Source: Sporichthyaceae bacterium (GTDB lineage: Bacteria; Actinomycetota; Actinomycetes; Sporichthyales; Sporichthyaceae). From it: 64,000 bases of DNA. The stretch is taken from assembly GCA_052389435.1 (NCBI GenBank), contig JBQTIB010000074.1, positions 6,192-70,191 of the forward strand. The letters run 5' to 3'. The first letter of the stretch is position 1, and each line of letters opens with the position of its first letter. Shown here piece by piece: positions 32,181 to 42,306 of this stretch. Below the pieces are notes generated by a model. That model worked only from the letters and a program-made list of their open reading frames with translations, searched no databases and had not been told where the DNA came from. A program made the position numbers and the translations under genes.

Positions 32181-33557
32181 TCACCCGACCGGGGTACGCG
32201 GCCCCGGAATGGCCGCCGCGGCGTCGGCGGATCCGTCATCCTCCGCGGCCGCCCCGGCTTGGGCCGGCTCCGGAATGAGCAGCGTGGCCAGCAGCAGCCA
32301 GACCAGCAGGCCGACGCGGTTGGCGGTCAGCGCGGGCAGTCCGAGCGACCCGGCGGCGACGAGCACCGCGCTCCAACGGGCCAACGTGCCCTCCGGGCCC
32401 TTCAGCCCGAGCGTGCCGTGCACGAAGAAGACCAGGACCAGGGTGTAGACGATCACGCCAGTCAGGCCGCCGAGGACGAGGGCCTCGATCCAGCCGTTGT
32501 CGTAGGCGAAGTTGGCCAGGCCGCCCGCACCGAAGCCGATGACCGGCGAGGTGTCCATCACCTGCTCCACGGCCGTGCCCAGCGAGCCGCTGCCGCCGCC
32601 GCCGAACCGCCCACCGGTGTACTGGCCGATGAAGGTGTTGTTCTCCTGGAGCCGGAACAGGCCGGTGACGTGCTCCATGCCCGACCAGTTCGCGAACAGC
32701 GGAACGTTGGCCAGCGCGACGAATCCGACGACGCCGGTCCACATCACGGCCATGCCGCCACCGCGCCGACGCACGATCAGGAACAGCAGGATCGGTGCGC
32801 CGACGAGCAGGAACACCTTGCTGACCGAGACCATCCCGCCGAGGAAGATCACGATCAGGCTCAGGTACAGCCGGGCCGAGCGGTTGCGGTAGACGTAGAG
32901 CGCGGCGAGGCCGGCCAGGCCGTACATCAGGCCCGCCTCGGCCGGCTGCGAGAACACGCCGGTGAAGCGCCCGAGCAGCGCGGCCTGCTCGGCCACCGAC
33001 TCTCCGCCGGGAGCCTTCACCGTCGGGGAGTAGGAGGAAAGCCAGAAGACGCGCAGGACCGAGGACAGGTCGAACTTGATGCAGACCAGCGACAGGATCG
33101 AGTTCGCCATCGCGGCCCAGACCAGGACCGTGCACAGGGTGCGGATCAGGTCGCGGCGCCACTCGCTGCGCCCGTAGAGCAGCACGACGGTCATCACGGC
33201 CAGCGGCAGGAACATGTTGTCCAGGCCGCTGAACAGTGGACCGGGCTCGATGTCGACCGGTTCGACGATCGAGGCCACGGCACCGAGCAGGGCGACGCCC
33301 GCATAGGTGCCCCACAGCGCCATCAGCATGGTGGTGCGCGGGTTCGAAGCGGGCCGGCGCCACAGCCACGGCACGCCGAGAATCGCGAAGAACGCGATGC
33401 CGTAGGCCGACAGTTGCTCGGTACGCATCCCGAGGACCACGTAGGGCCCGAAGGCGGAGAGGGTGAGCAGCGCCCAGAGCCGCGTCGGCGCCTTGGAAAC
33501 CTCCCCGGTCGGCGCCGCGACGTGCGGGGCCGCCGGGCGCGCCGCGAGGGTGCTCAC
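32181..33557 (-). CDS. O-antigen polymerase/ligase-like (Wzy-type) polytopic membrane protein
   Basis: 458 aa from the GTG at 33557 (GTGA overlap with the upstream stop). At least 10 hydrophobic segments with a larger loop. Its position between the FucNAc genes fits a polymerase. Confidence 0.55.
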   Translation of the reverse strand: MSTLAARPAAPHVAAPTGEVSKAPTRLWALLTLSAFGPYVVLGMRTEQLSAYGIAFFAILGVPWLWRRPASNPRTTMLMALWGTYAGVALLGAVASIVEPVDIEPGPLFSGLDNMFLPLAVMTVVLLYGRSEWRRDLIRTLCTVLVWAAMANSILSLVCIKFDLSSVLRVFWLSSYSPTVKAPGGESVAEQAALLGRFTGVFSQPAEAGLMYGLAGLAALYVYRNRSARLYLSLIVIFLGGMVSVSKVFLLVGAPILLFLIVRRRGGGMAVMWTGVVGFVALANVPLFANWSGMEHVTGLFRLQENNTFIGQYTGGRFGGGGSGSLGTAVEQVMDTSPVIGFGAGGLANFAYDNGWIEALVLGGLTGVIVYTLVLVFFVHGTLGLKGPEGTLARWSAVLVAAGSLGLPALTANRVGLLVWLLLATLLIPEPAQAGAAAEDDGSADAAAAIPGPRTPVG

Positions 33558-34645
33558 GCGACCTTCTCCCAGAAGGTGTCCGGGGCACACGGGTCGAACA
33601 GGGCGTGCGTCCAGAACAGGGTCGTCAGTTCGCTCTCGCCGACGTTGACGATGTTGTGCACCCAGGTCGTCGGCATGTCGATCGCGACGGGTTGTTCGCC
33701 GTTGACCTCGAACGACACGATCTGCTCGCCGAGCGCGGGGCGCAGGTTGATCCGAGCCGTTCCGGCGAGCACCACGAAGCGTTCCACCTTTGTCAGGTGG
33801 AAGTGATCGCCCCGAGTGATGCCGGGTCGGGTGGTGGACACGAACGTCTGGCCCTGGCCGCCGTGCACGCGTACGGTCTCCACGAGTCGGCCGCGGTCGT
33901 CGGCGTGCGGGGTGAGCACGATCGGGTAGTGGTGCGGAAAGCCCGCTGCGCGCAGCGTGTTGAACACGTCGATCTCGTGCTTGCCGGTCAGCGGCGGGAT
34001 GTCGCCGGTGCGGTAGCACTCCCACTGACGCTGCATCAGTTCCAGGGTGCGCAGGACCGAGGTCGCCTCGCCCTGCGGGTCGACGCGGCCGGAGGCGCCC
34101 TCGAGGGCGTGGATCAGCGACTGGGCGGCGTCCTGCACGTGCAGCAGCGAGAGCTCGCGATCGGTCACCGACGGCGTTGCCCCGTCCATGACGGCCTCGG
34201 CGAAGGTGGCAACGAAGGAGTTGTAGTGCGGACGGCAGCCCTCCCCGAACAGGTTCGGCAGGCGCACGTCGACGAACGCCGAGCCGAGCTCGCCGGCGGC
34301 GGCGGCGAGCATCTCGCCGGCGCCGCCCTTGCCCGCCCCGTAGGGCGATCCGTTGCCGGCCTGGACCGAGTTGGCGAACACGATGCGCGGCCGGGTACCG
34401 GCCTTCCACGCCGCGTCCGCGACGTCCGAGGCCAGGGCCAGGTTGCCCGCGTTCACCTCCTCGTCGGTGCCGCGGTTGACCCCCGCGACGTGGAGGATCG
34501 CCTCGACCCCGTCGGCGAGATCGGCGAGGTCGGCCCAGTTGCGGCGCGATACCGACACGACCTCGTGGCTCGGGTAGAGCGCCTTGAGGCGTACGGCGGT
34601 GTGCCGACCGAGGAAGCCCTCGGCACCGGTCAGCAGAATGCGCAT
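33554..34645 (-). CDS. CapF/FnlB-type bifunctional reductase (SDR N-domain plus cupin C-domain) of the UDP-L-FucNAc pathway
   Basis: MRILLTGAEGFLGRH Rossmann N-terminus. The C-terminal RGDHFHLTKVERFVVLAG...MPTTWVHNIVNVG is a cupin domain. This architecture is characteristic of CapF. Confidence 0.8.
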   Translation of the reverse strand: MRILLTGAEGFLGRHTAVRLKALYPSHEVVSVSRRNWADLADLADGVEAILHVAGVNRGTDEEVNAGNLALASDVADAAWKAGTRPRIVFANSVQAGNGSPYGAGKGGAGEMLAAAAGELGSAFVDVRLPNLFGEGCRPHYNSFVATFAEAVMDGATPSVTDRELSLLHVQDAAQSLIHALEGASGRVDPQGEATSVLRTLELMQRQWECYRTGDIPPLTGKHEIDVFNTLRAAGFPHHYPIVLTPHADDRGRLVETVRVHGGQGQTFVSTTRPGITRGDHFHLTKVERFVVLAGTARINLRPALGEQIVSFEVNGEQPVAIDMPTTWVHNIVNVGESELTTLFWTHALFDPCAPDTFWEKVA

Positions 34646-35727
34646 CAGACTGCCGCCGTGGCGAGGTTCGCGGAAGGCGTGTCTTCGTTCGCTCGCAAGC
34701 TCGCGAATTCGGGCAGCGAGAGCAGCAGCTCCTTGGTCTGCTCGAGGTCCATCCGCTCGGTGTTCTCCGAGGTGTAGTCCTCCTGCAGGACGGTCTGCGG
34801 CTGGCCCTGCTCGTAGTAGGCGGCGTAGCGCAGCGAACGGGCATCGAGCGGGACGCGGTAGTAGTCGCCCTCGTCGATCGCGCGGACCATCTCCTCGCGG
34901 GAGAGCAGGGTCTCGTGGAGCTTTTCGCCGTGACGGGTGCCGAGGATCGTCAGCTCGGGGTCGTCGTTGCCGAGCAGGCTCGCCACTGCGCGGGCGAGGA
35001 CCTCGACCGTGCACGCCGGAGCCTTGCGCACGAACAGGTCGCCGGGCAACGCGTTGAGGAACGCGTGCTCGACGAGGTCCACCGAGGCCTGCAGCGACAT
35101 CAGGAACCGGGTCATCGTCGGCTCGGTCAGGGTGAGCGAACCGCCGCTTTCGAGCTGCTGGCGGAACAGCGGAATCACCGAGCCGCGCGAGTACATGACG
35201 TTGCCGTACCGGGTGATCGAGACCGTGGTGGCCGACTCGGGGTTGTTGCGGGCGAAGGCCTGCGCGGTCTTCTCCATGAGCGCCTTGGACATGCCCATGG
35301 CGTTGACCGGATACACGGCCTTGTCGGTGCTCAGACACACGACGGACCGCACGCCGACCGCGGCCGCGGTCTCGACGACGTTGCGGCTGCCCACGACGTT
35401 CGTGCGGACCGCCTGGTCCGGGAAGAACTCGCAGGAGGGAACCTGCTTGAGCGCGGCGGCGTGGAAGACGAAGTCCGCACCCTGCAGCGCCGAGCGCACG
35501 CTGTCCGCGTCCCGGACGTCGCCGAGGAACAGCTTGAGCCGGGAGTCGCCGACCCGCTTGCGCATCTCGTCCTGCTTGGTTTCGTCGCGCGAGAGCACGT
35601 GGATCGCGCCCACGCCGCGGGTCAGCAGGTAGTCGACCATGGTCGACCCGAAGGAGCCGGTGCCGCCGGTGATGGCGACGGTGGCGCCGGTCACGGCCGG
35701 CGCGGCGATCGTCTGACGGGGAATCAC
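34645..35727 (-). CDS. UDP-N-acetylglucosamine 4,6-dehydratase/5-epimerase, CapE/FnlA type
   Basis: ITGGTGSFGSTMV...LSRDETKQDEMR...FLGDVRDADSV...FHAAALKQVPSCEFFP...STDKAVYPVNAMGMSKALMEK...RYGNVMYSRGSVIPLF...TRFLMSL is almost motif-for-motif with S. aureus CapE. Confidence 0.88.
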   Translation of the reverse strand: MIPRQTIAAPAVTGATVAITGGTGSFGSTMVDYLLTRGVGAIHVLSRDETKQDEMRKRVGDSRLKLFLGDVRDADSVRSALQGADFVFHAAALKQVPSCEFFPDQAVRTNVVGSRNVVETAAAVGVRSVVCLSTDKAVYPVNAMGMSKALMEKTAQAFARNNPESATTVSITRYGNVMYSRGSVIPLFRQQLESGGSLTLTEPTMTRFLMSLQASVDLVEHAFLNALPGDLFVRKAPACTVEVLARAVASLLGNDDPELTILGTRHGEKLHETLLSREEMVRAIDEGDYYRVPLDARSLRYAAYYEQGQPQTVLQEDYTSENTERMDLEQTKELLLSLPEFASLRANEDTPSANLATAAV

Positions 35728-36878
35728 TGGACCACCGCCGCGGGTTCGATCACGGCCTCGGAGTTGGTGCGTTGGGCCACCATGAGTCCTCTCGTTGCGC
35801 ACAGGCGCTCCATCGTCGCGACGACGTCCGCGTTCGGCGCCACCGGCGCCAGAACCGGCAGCCTCGTCGGCGACAGCGCGGGAGCGTCGACGTGGGAGAT
35901 CAACGGGTGCAGCGGACGCTGATCGGTCTCGCCGTCCGCAAACAGCTCTTCGTGCAGCTTCTCGGCCTCGCGCAGGCCGGTGTAGACGATGTCCACCTCG
36001 CGTCCGGCGAGCTGCATCATGCGGTGCGCGAGGTCGGTGATCCGCACCGGTTCGCCCATGTCCAGCACCAGGACCTCGCCGTGCCGGCCGATCGCCCCGG
36101 CCTGGATGACCAGGCCGCAGGCCTCCTGGATGGTCATGAAGAACCGGCTCACGTCCGGGTGGGTGATCGTCAGCGTCGCGCCCATGGCGATCTGCCCGGC
36201 GAAGGTCGTCAGGACCGAGCCGCGGCTGCCGAGCACGTTGCCGAACCGCACCGACAGGTAGGGGTAGCCCTCCGCGGGCACGCCCGCGATGAGCCGCTCG
36301 CCGACGCGCTTGCTCCACCCCAGCACGCTGGAGGGGTTGGCCGCCTTGTCGGTGGAGATGCCCACGAACCGCTCGACTCTGGCCGCCCGCGCCGCCTCGA
36401 TCACGTTGGCGGTGCCGAGCACGTTCGACTTCCACGCTTCGAGCGGGTACTGCTCGAGCATCGGAAGGTGCTTGAGTGCCGCGGCGTGGAAGACCACCTC
36501 GGGACGCCGAGCCAGGAAGTGCGCGGTGAGCGTCTCGCGGTCGCGGATGCAGGCCAGCAGCAGCTGACGGGAGTCCATGAGCGCGTCGTGATGGATGCTC
36601 AGATACACCGAGTGCAGGGCGGACTCGTCGTGGTCGAGCATCGTCAGTTCCGCGGGCCCGAAGGCGCGGATCTGCCGGCACAGTTCGGACCCGATGGAAC
36701 CACCGGCTCCGGTGACCAGGACGCGCTTGCCGGTCAGATAGCCTCCGGCCGCCGTCGCGCCGGTGTCGATCGGCTCCCGGTTCAACAGAATGTTGATCGG
36801 GAGGCCGTTCAGGTCTGCAAGGTCCATCCCCCGAGGACCGTCCGTGGATCGCCTGTTGTGCGCTTCGGACTCAGCCAT
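35724..36878 (-). CDS. CapD/WbpM/PglF-type nucleotide-sugar 4,6-dehydratase lacking the usual N-terminal membrane domain
   Basis: LLNREPIDT...LTGKRVLVTGAGGSIGSELCRQI...FHAAALKHLPMLE...STDKAANPSSVLGWSKR...RFGNVLGSRGSV. No TM segments before the linker. Confidence 0.8.
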   Translation of the reverse strand: MAESEAHNRRSTDGPRGMDLADLNGLPINILLNREPIDTGATAAGGYLTGKRVLVTGAGGSIGSELCRQIRAFGPAELTMLDHDESALHSVYLSIHHDALMDSRQLLLACIRDRETLTAHFLARRPEVVFHAAALKHLPMLEQYPLEAWKSNVLGTANVIEAARAARVERFVGISTDKAANPSSVLGWSKRVGERLIAGVPAEGYPYLSVRFGNVLGSRGSVLTTFAGQIAMGATLTITHPDVSRFFMTIQEACGLVIQAGAIGRHGEVLVLDMGEPVRITDLAHRMMQLAGREVDIVYTGLREAEKLHEELFADGETDQRPLHPLISHVDAPALSPTRLPVLAPVAPNADVVATMERLCATRGLMVAQRTNSEAVIEPAAVVQ

Positions 36879-36955
36879 GGAACACCTGTTTCAAGTAGTG
36901 CCACTGTGTTGGGCGGCGCCGGAAGCGTCCGGCGCCCGTGGTGCAACGGGCGTTC

Positions 36956-38470
36956 TCAGGCCCTGGGCTCTCCGAGAGCGGCGCTGTCGATCATCACGAC
37001 CTCGGACTGGCCGTAGGCCGAGCGCGGCGCCGGCATGGTCGCCCGCGCCTCCCACGGCGCGGCGGCAACCGGCGCGGGCGCGACCGGGGCGACGGCCACG
37101 TGCGGCGACTGCTTCACGCGGTCCGCGGTGTAGCGGTAGCCGTACTGGTAGGTGTAGCCGCCACCGGCCTTGGCCCGCGGAGCCATCGAAAGCACCACGC
37201 CGAAGATCGGCACCGACACCCGGCGCAGGTTCTCCACGGCCGCCTTGACCTGCTCCTGGCGGACCCAGCCGTGACGCGAGACGAACAGCACGCCGTGGCA
37301 GTGGGCGGCGAGGGCGACGGCGTCCGCGACCGGCAGGGTCGGGGCGGCGTCCATGACCACGACGTCGTAGCGGCGGTTCAGTTCGACGAGCACGTTGGCC
37401 ATCTGGACCGAGGCCAGCAGCTCCGACGGGTTCGGCGGAAGGGCGCCGGCGCCGAGGAAGTCGAGCAGGCCTCCGCCCCACGGCTGAATGGCGACGTCGA
37501 GCGGGACCTGGCCGGTGAGCACCGTGGTCAGCCCGACCGCGTTCTCCATGCCCATGTAGGACGCAGCCTTCGGGCGACGCAGGTCCGCCTCGATCAGCAG
37601 GACCCGGTTGCCGGCCTGGGCGAGCGCGATGGCGAGGTTGCAGGCCGTGGTGGTCTTGCCCTCGTGCGGCAGCGCGGAGGTGACGCAGAGCAGCTTGTTG
37701 GTGTGGTCGAGGTCGACGTAGTCGAGGTTGGTGCGCAGCTGGCGGAAGGCTTCGGCCATCGGCGAGCGCGGCTGGTCGTGGACGATCAGCGGCCGGGACT
37801 TGATGTTCGGGTCCCACTGCGTGGCGCCGAGGACCGGAGCCTGCACGAGCTCGGCGAGTGCGTCCGGCGACTTCACGGTGCGGTCGAGGCTGTGGCGCAG
37901 CAGCGCCATGCCCATGCCGGAGAGCAGGCCGAGGAAGAAGCCGACGCCCAGGGCCGTCTTCTGACGCGGCGACACCGGAGCGATCGGCAGCGGCGCCTCT
38001 TGGATCTGACGGGCCACCACGGGGGCCTCGCCGCCGGCGGTCTCGGGCTTCTCGACCTCGGCGATGAGCTCGGAGAGCGCGGTCGCGGCAAGGTTCGCGA
38101 TCGCCTGCGCCCGGCGCGGCGACGGATCGGTCGCCGTGATGCTCATCAGGACGGTGTCCGGCTTGGCCGTGGCCTTGATGGCGCTGGCCGGGACCACGTA
38201 CCCGAGCTGGCTGGAGACCTGCTCGCGAATACGGCGGTCGGAGGCGAGCTCGACGTAGGACTTGATCTTCTGCTCGGAGAGCAGGCTGCCCTGGAAGGCC
38301 TGGTTCAGGTCGTTGCTGTCGCGGCTCGAGACGAAGAACTTCGTCGTCGCCGCGTACTGCGGGGTGGAGACGAAGGCCACCGCCCCACCCAGACCGAGTC
38401 CGAGGGCCACCCCGAGAAAGACGATGATCCACCGCTCGCGGGCGATGGTCAGGTAGTCCTTGAAGTTCAT
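36956..38470 (-). CDS. Polysaccharide co-polymerase / tyrosine autokinase (Wzc-like BY-kinase)
   Basis: ATG at 38470 after GGGGGGAAGA. Two TM segments flank a Wzz-like loop. Walker A SALPHEGKTTTACNLA, Walker A' LLIEADLRRP, Walker B VVVMDAAP. C-terminal Tyr cluster GGGYTYQYGYRYT. Confidence 0.88.
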   Translation of the reverse strand: MNFKDYLTIARERWIIVFLGVALGLGLGGAVAFVSTPQYAATTKFFVSSRDSNDLNQAFQGSLLSEQKIKSYVELASDRRIREQVSSQLGYVVPASAIKATAKPDTVLMSITATDPSPRRAQAIANLAATALSELIAEVEKPETAGGEAPVVARQIQEAPLPIAPVSPRQKTALGVGFFLGLLSGMGMALLRHSLDRTVKSPDALAELVQAPVLGATQWDPNIKSRPLIVHDQPRSPMAEAFRQLRTNLDYVDLDHTNKLLCVTSALPHEGKTTTACNLAIALAQAGNRVLLIEADLRRPKAASYMGMENAVGLTTVLTGQVPLDVAIQPWGGGLLDFLGAGALPPNPSELLASVQMANVLVELNRRYDVVVMDAAPTLPVADAVALAAHCHGVLFVSRHGWVRQEQVKAAVENLRRVSVPIFGVVLSMAPRAKAGGGYTYQYGYRYTADRVKQSPHVAVAPVAPAPVAAAPWEARATMPAPRSAYGQSEVVMIDSAALGEPRA

Positions 38471-38743
38471 TCTTCCCCCCGGATCAGTGAGCATCGAAGG
38501 GCATCACGCGCCCTCGACTGGGGAGATCATGCTGAGCCGCACGCATCCGCGACCACCCGATGAACCGAATGGGTGAGGCTCACGAGACGGGGCGAATCGC
38601 CCACGTCCCAAACCTGTTCTGAGCGTGTTTCACCCGGTTGGCCGCACGCCTGCCGCCGACCCCCCGCACTGGGACAAGCTGCCCTCGATCGCTGCGCCTG
38701 CGCAGGCGATCGCACGTGACGGGGACACGACCGGGGGTTGACG
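38471..38743. promoter_or_regulatory. Divergent intergenic region (wzc operon versus the acyltransferase operon) with a 25-nt near-palindrome
   Basis: A 273-bp gap. gatcgctgcgcctgcgcaggcgatc at 38687-38711 lies 33 nt upstream of the ATG at 38744. No hexamers assigned. Confidence 0.35.
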
Positions 38744-40984
38744 ATGGAGTCGTCGAGAAGTGCGGATTCCACGCTGCGGCGGGTGCACGCCGCACCGTCG
38801 GGTTCCATTCCGCGTCACCGTGCCCCGGTCGAGCCGAAGACCGACCGCGCCGGTCACGGCCGCGAGCTGCGCCGCGACATCCAGGGCCTGCGGGCCGTTG
38901 CCGTCCTGCTGGTGCTGATCTACCACCTGTGGCCCGGCGCGATCCCGGGCGGCTTCCTCGGCGTCGACGCCTTCTTCGTCATCTCCGGCTTTCTGATCAC
39001 CGGTCACCTGCTGGCCACGCGCCCGACGACGGTGCGCGCGATGCTCGGCTTCTGGGAACGCCGGATCCGACGCCTGGCGCCCGCCTGCCTGCTGGTACTC
39101 GCGTTCTGCCTGCTCGCCGTCCGTTTGGTGGGACCGGACAGCCGTCGCGTGCACAGCTCGGTGGAGATCGCAGCCTCGGCGCTGAACCTGGAGAACTGGT
39201 TCCTGTCCTACCGCGCGGTGGACTACCTCGCCGCCTCCGCTCCGCCGTCGCCGGTGCAGCACTACTGGTCGCTGGCGGTCGAGGAGCAGTTCTACCTGCT
39301 CTGGCCGATTCTGTTGGCAGTGGCCGCCATCGCCGCGACCCGCCTGCGCGCGAGGTTCCGCACCGTCGTCCTGGTCGTGCTGACCCCGGTGGTGCTCGGT
39401 TCGTTCCTGCTCACCCTCGCTCCCGCGCTGCCCCTGCCCGCCCTCACCGGCGGCACCTACTTCGTGACTCCTCTGCGCATGTGGGAACTCGGCGCCGGCG
39501 CCGTGGTGGCCGCCTGGCTGTTCGGTCGATCCCAGGGCGAGCGCACCGGGCGTGCTCCGGTGGCGTCGGCCGTGTCCGCAGCCGGCCTCGTCCTGATCGC
39601 CGCGAGCGCGTTCGCGTTCTCCGCCGGCACGCCGTGGCCGGGTCCGTGGTCGCTCGTCCCCGTGCTCGGAGTCGTACTGATCATCGGCGCCGCCGCACCG
39701 GCGAAGGGTTGGCCGAACCGCCTGCTGACCAATCGGCCGATGCAGTACACGGGCAACCTCTCGTACTCGATCTACCTGTGGCACTGGCCGCTGATCGTGC
39801 TGCTTCCCGCCGCGACCTCCCGCGCCCTGTCGACCGTGGACAAGGTCGGCATCTTCCTCGCGACCTTCGCTCTCGCGGCCCTGACCAAACGCTACGTCGA
39901 GGACCGCTTCCGCCAACCGCGATCGAGCGCGGCGGGGGTGCGGACCGGCAGCGCCCGGCGCGCGTACGTCGCGTGCGCCGCCGCGACGGCGGCAGTCGTC
40001 GGTTTCGCCGGCTTCCAGGTCCTCGAGGCCCGCAAGGCCGAGCGCACCTCCTTCGCGGCCGTGGCCGCGGCGCTGGAGACCGACCCCTGCCTCGGCGCCC
40101 TGGCCCTGGCCCCCGGCGGCGACTGCGCGAACCCGAACTCGGGCGCGACGCTCCCGTCCTCGCTCGCGGCCATCGCCGACCGCCCGACGATGTGGGCGGA
40201 CGGGTGCCTGATCAAGGACCCGTTCACCGGAGCCGTCTGCCGCACGGGGCCTGCAAACGCCAAGGTGCGCGTGGCGCTGGTCGGCAACTCGCGCGGCGGT
40301 CACTGGCAGCCGGCGATGCAGCGGATCGCCGAGCAGCGGGGGTGGGCGCTGTCGACCTTCACCACGCAGGGCTGCGCCGCCGTCGGCGTGGAGTACCTGT
40401 ATCCGACGGAGCGTCAGCGGCAGTGGTGTCTGGACTGGGGCAAGCGCGTCCTGCGCGAGACCACGGGCGGCCAGTTCGACCTCGTCGTGATCTCCCAGCT
40501 CACCGCCGGGCCGCCCAAGGGCCTCGTCGACGCCGGTCCGCTCTTCCCGCCGGCCCAGCACGACTACTGGGTTTCCTCCTACCGCGACTACCTGGCGCAG
40601 TGGGTTGCGGCGGGCGTGCGGGTCGTCGTCGTCCGGGACACCCCGATGCCACGCACCTCGCTGGTCTCGGTTCCGGACTGTCTCGCGGTGAACCGCGACG
40701 ACTTCGCCGCGTGCTCCGGCCCGCGGTCGACCTGGCTGCGGCCCGACCCGCTCGCCGAGGCGGGTACGAGCCTGAAGGCCAAGGGCGTTTCGGTCGTGGA
40801 CCTGACCGACTACCTGTGCGACGCGGAGCGCTGCTTCGGCGTCGTCGGGCGCGTCCCGGTCTACTTCGACGCCTCGCACCTGTCCGCGACCTACTCCGAA
40901 ACGCTCGCGCCCGCGCTGGCTCCGTCGCTGGACGCGGCACTGCGCAGGCCCGCGGGCAAGGGCGGCGCGGCGCGCACCCGGTGA
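38744..40984 (+). CDS. Acyltransferase-3 family membrane O-acyltransferase fused to an SGNH-like domain (OafA/OatA-like)
   Basis: DIQGLRAVAVLLVLIYHLWP...GGFLGVDAFFVISGFLIT, about 10 TM segments, YSIYLWHWPL, then a soluble C-terminal domain. A TTG at 38738 is an alternative start. Confidence 0.85.
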   Translation: MESSRSADSTLRRVHAAPSGSIPRHRAPVEPKTDRAGHGRELRRDIQGLRAVAVLLVLIYHLWPGAIPGGFLGVDAFFVISGFLITGHLLATRPTTVRAMLGFWERRIRRLAPACLLVLAFCLLAVRLVGPDSRRVHSSVEIAASALNLENWFLSYRAVDYLAASAPPSPVQHYWSLAVEEQFYLLWPILLAVAAIAATRLRARFRTVVLVVLTPVVLGSFLLTLAPALPLPALTGGTYFVTPLRMWELGAGAVVAAWLFGRSQGERTGRAPVASAVSAAGLVLIAASAFAFSAGTPWPGPWSLVPVLGVVLIIGAAAPAKGWPNRLLTNRPMQYTGNLSYSIYLWHWPLIVLLPAATSRALSTVDKVGIFLATFALAALTKRYVEDRFRQPRSSAAGVRTGSARRAYVACAAATAAVVGFAGFQVLEARKAERTSFAAVAAALETDPCLGALALAPGGDCANPNSGATLPSSLAAIADRPTMWADGCLIKDPFTGAVCRTGPANAKVRVALVGNSRGGHWQPAMQRIAEQRGWALSTFTTQGCAAVGVEYLYPTERQRQWCLDWGKRVLRETTGGQFDLVVISQLTAGPPKGLVDAGPLFPPAQHDYWVSSYRDYLAQWVAAGVRVVVVRDTPMPRTSLVSVPDCLAVNRDDFAACSGPRSTWLRPDPLAEAGTSLKAKGVSVVDLTDYLCDAERCFGVVGRVPVYFDASHLSATYSETLAPALAPSLDAALRRPAGKGGAARTR

Positions 40985-42306
40985 ACGCGCGCGCGAGTTG
41001 GTCCGGGCGGTCGCGCACCCGCGCGGCCGGGTCCATCGTCGACCAAATCGTCTCCAGCGCGGGCAACTTCCTCGTCCCGTTCGCCGCACTGCACCACCTG
41101 GGCCTGGCGGGCGTCGCCGCCTGCACCCTCGCCTACACGGCGGTCACGCTCGTCCTGGGCGTGGCCCGACCGCTGATCCTCACACCCCTGGTGGTCCGCT
41201 TCTCCGCCGCCGGGGACCGGGCCCGCCGTCGCGCGACGCGCATGGCCGCCGGCGCCTCGCTGCTGCTCGGCCTACTCGTCCTCGAAGTGTGTGCGGGGAT
41301 CTCGCTGCTGCTGCCGGAGGCGGCCGGGGACGTCGTGTTGGCGGCCGGCTTCGCGCTGGTGCCGATCCTGGTGCAGGACGCCCTGCGCTACCACTGCTTC
41401 GCCTCCGGCCGGCCCTGGAGCGCGGCGGTCAACGACGCCGTCTGCCTGTTCGCCATCGGCGTCGCCACCACGGTCGTGGTGGTCGCGGACGCGGTGTCGG
41501 TCGCCTCGCTGCTGCTCGCGTGGGGGGCCGGCGTCGCGGTGGGCGCCGTCGCCGGGTGCGTGCAGCTCCGCGTCTGGCCTCGCCCCTTCGCCGGGCTGCG
41601 CTGGATCCGGGAGCAGCGGGACATCGGCCTGCCGCTGGCCGCGGGCGGCGTCGTGACGCAGGGCGCGGGCCGCGCGGTCCCGATCGTCATCGGGAGCATC
41701 GCCGGCATGGCCGCCCTCGGTCTGCTGGCGGCCGGTCAGACGCTGCTGCTGCCGATCAACACCGTCCTCGCCGCGACGGGAGCGTTCGTGTTGCCCGAAT
41801 GTGCGCGTCGGCTCTCCTCGCGCGGCGCTCGCCACGTCGCGAGGATCCTGACGGCGGTCTCGGGCGCACTGTTCGTCGCGACCCTGGCCTACGCCGCGAT
41901 CGTGAGCGTGCTGCCCGAGGCGCTGGGGCGCGCCTACGCCGGTCACAACTGGGACGAGGCGCTGTCCATGCTCGCCCCCGTCGCGTGGTGGTCGGCCGCG
42001 ACCGCGCTGTGCTGCGGTTCGTGGATCGGCCTTCAGGTCTACGGCGCCTCCAGGACGGTGCTGCGGGTCAGCATCGCCCAGGGCGCCCTGCAACTGCTCG
42101 GCGCCGGCCTCGGCGCGTCCCTGGCCGGCATCGACGGCGGCGCGTGGGGCATCGCGATCGGTTCGCTGCTCGCCGCGGCCGTCTGGGCCACCGCCTTCCG
42201 CCGCGCGACGGCCCGTCGGATCCTCGAGGAGATTGGGTCCAGCGCACACCCGACCGGCATTCCGAGGCCCCGCGCGGAGCAGGCCGCGATCGACGTCGGC
42301 GCCTAA
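40981..42306 (+). CDS. Polytopic membrane protein, polysaccharide flippase-like (paralogue 2 of 3)
   Basis: The GTG at 40981 overlaps the upstream stop (GTGA). IVDQIVSSAGNFLVPFAAL... and LVQDALRYHCFASGRPWSAAVNDAVCL blocks are shared with 27122..28390 and 47056..48324. Confidence 0.55.
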   Translation: MNARASWSGRSRTRAAGSIVDQIVSSAGNFLVPFAALHHLGLAGVAACTLAYTAVTLVLGVARPLILTPLVVRFSAAGDRARRRATRMAAGASLLLGLLVLEVCAGISLLLPEAAGDVVLAAGFALVPILVQDALRYHCFASGRPWSAAVNDAVCLFAIGVATTVVVVADAVSVASLLLAWGAGVAVGAVAGCVQLRVWPRPFAGLRWIREQRDIGLPLAAGGVVTQGAGRAVPIVIGSIAGMAALGLLAAGQTLLLPINTVLAATGAFVLPECARRLSSRGARHVARILTAVSGALFVATLAYAAIVSVLPEALGRAYAGHNWDEALSMLAPVAWWSAATALCCGSWIGLQVYGASRTVLRVSIAQGALQLLGAGLGASLAGIDGGAWGIAIGSLLAAAVWATAFRRATARRILEEIGSSAHPTGIPRPRAEQAAIDVGA

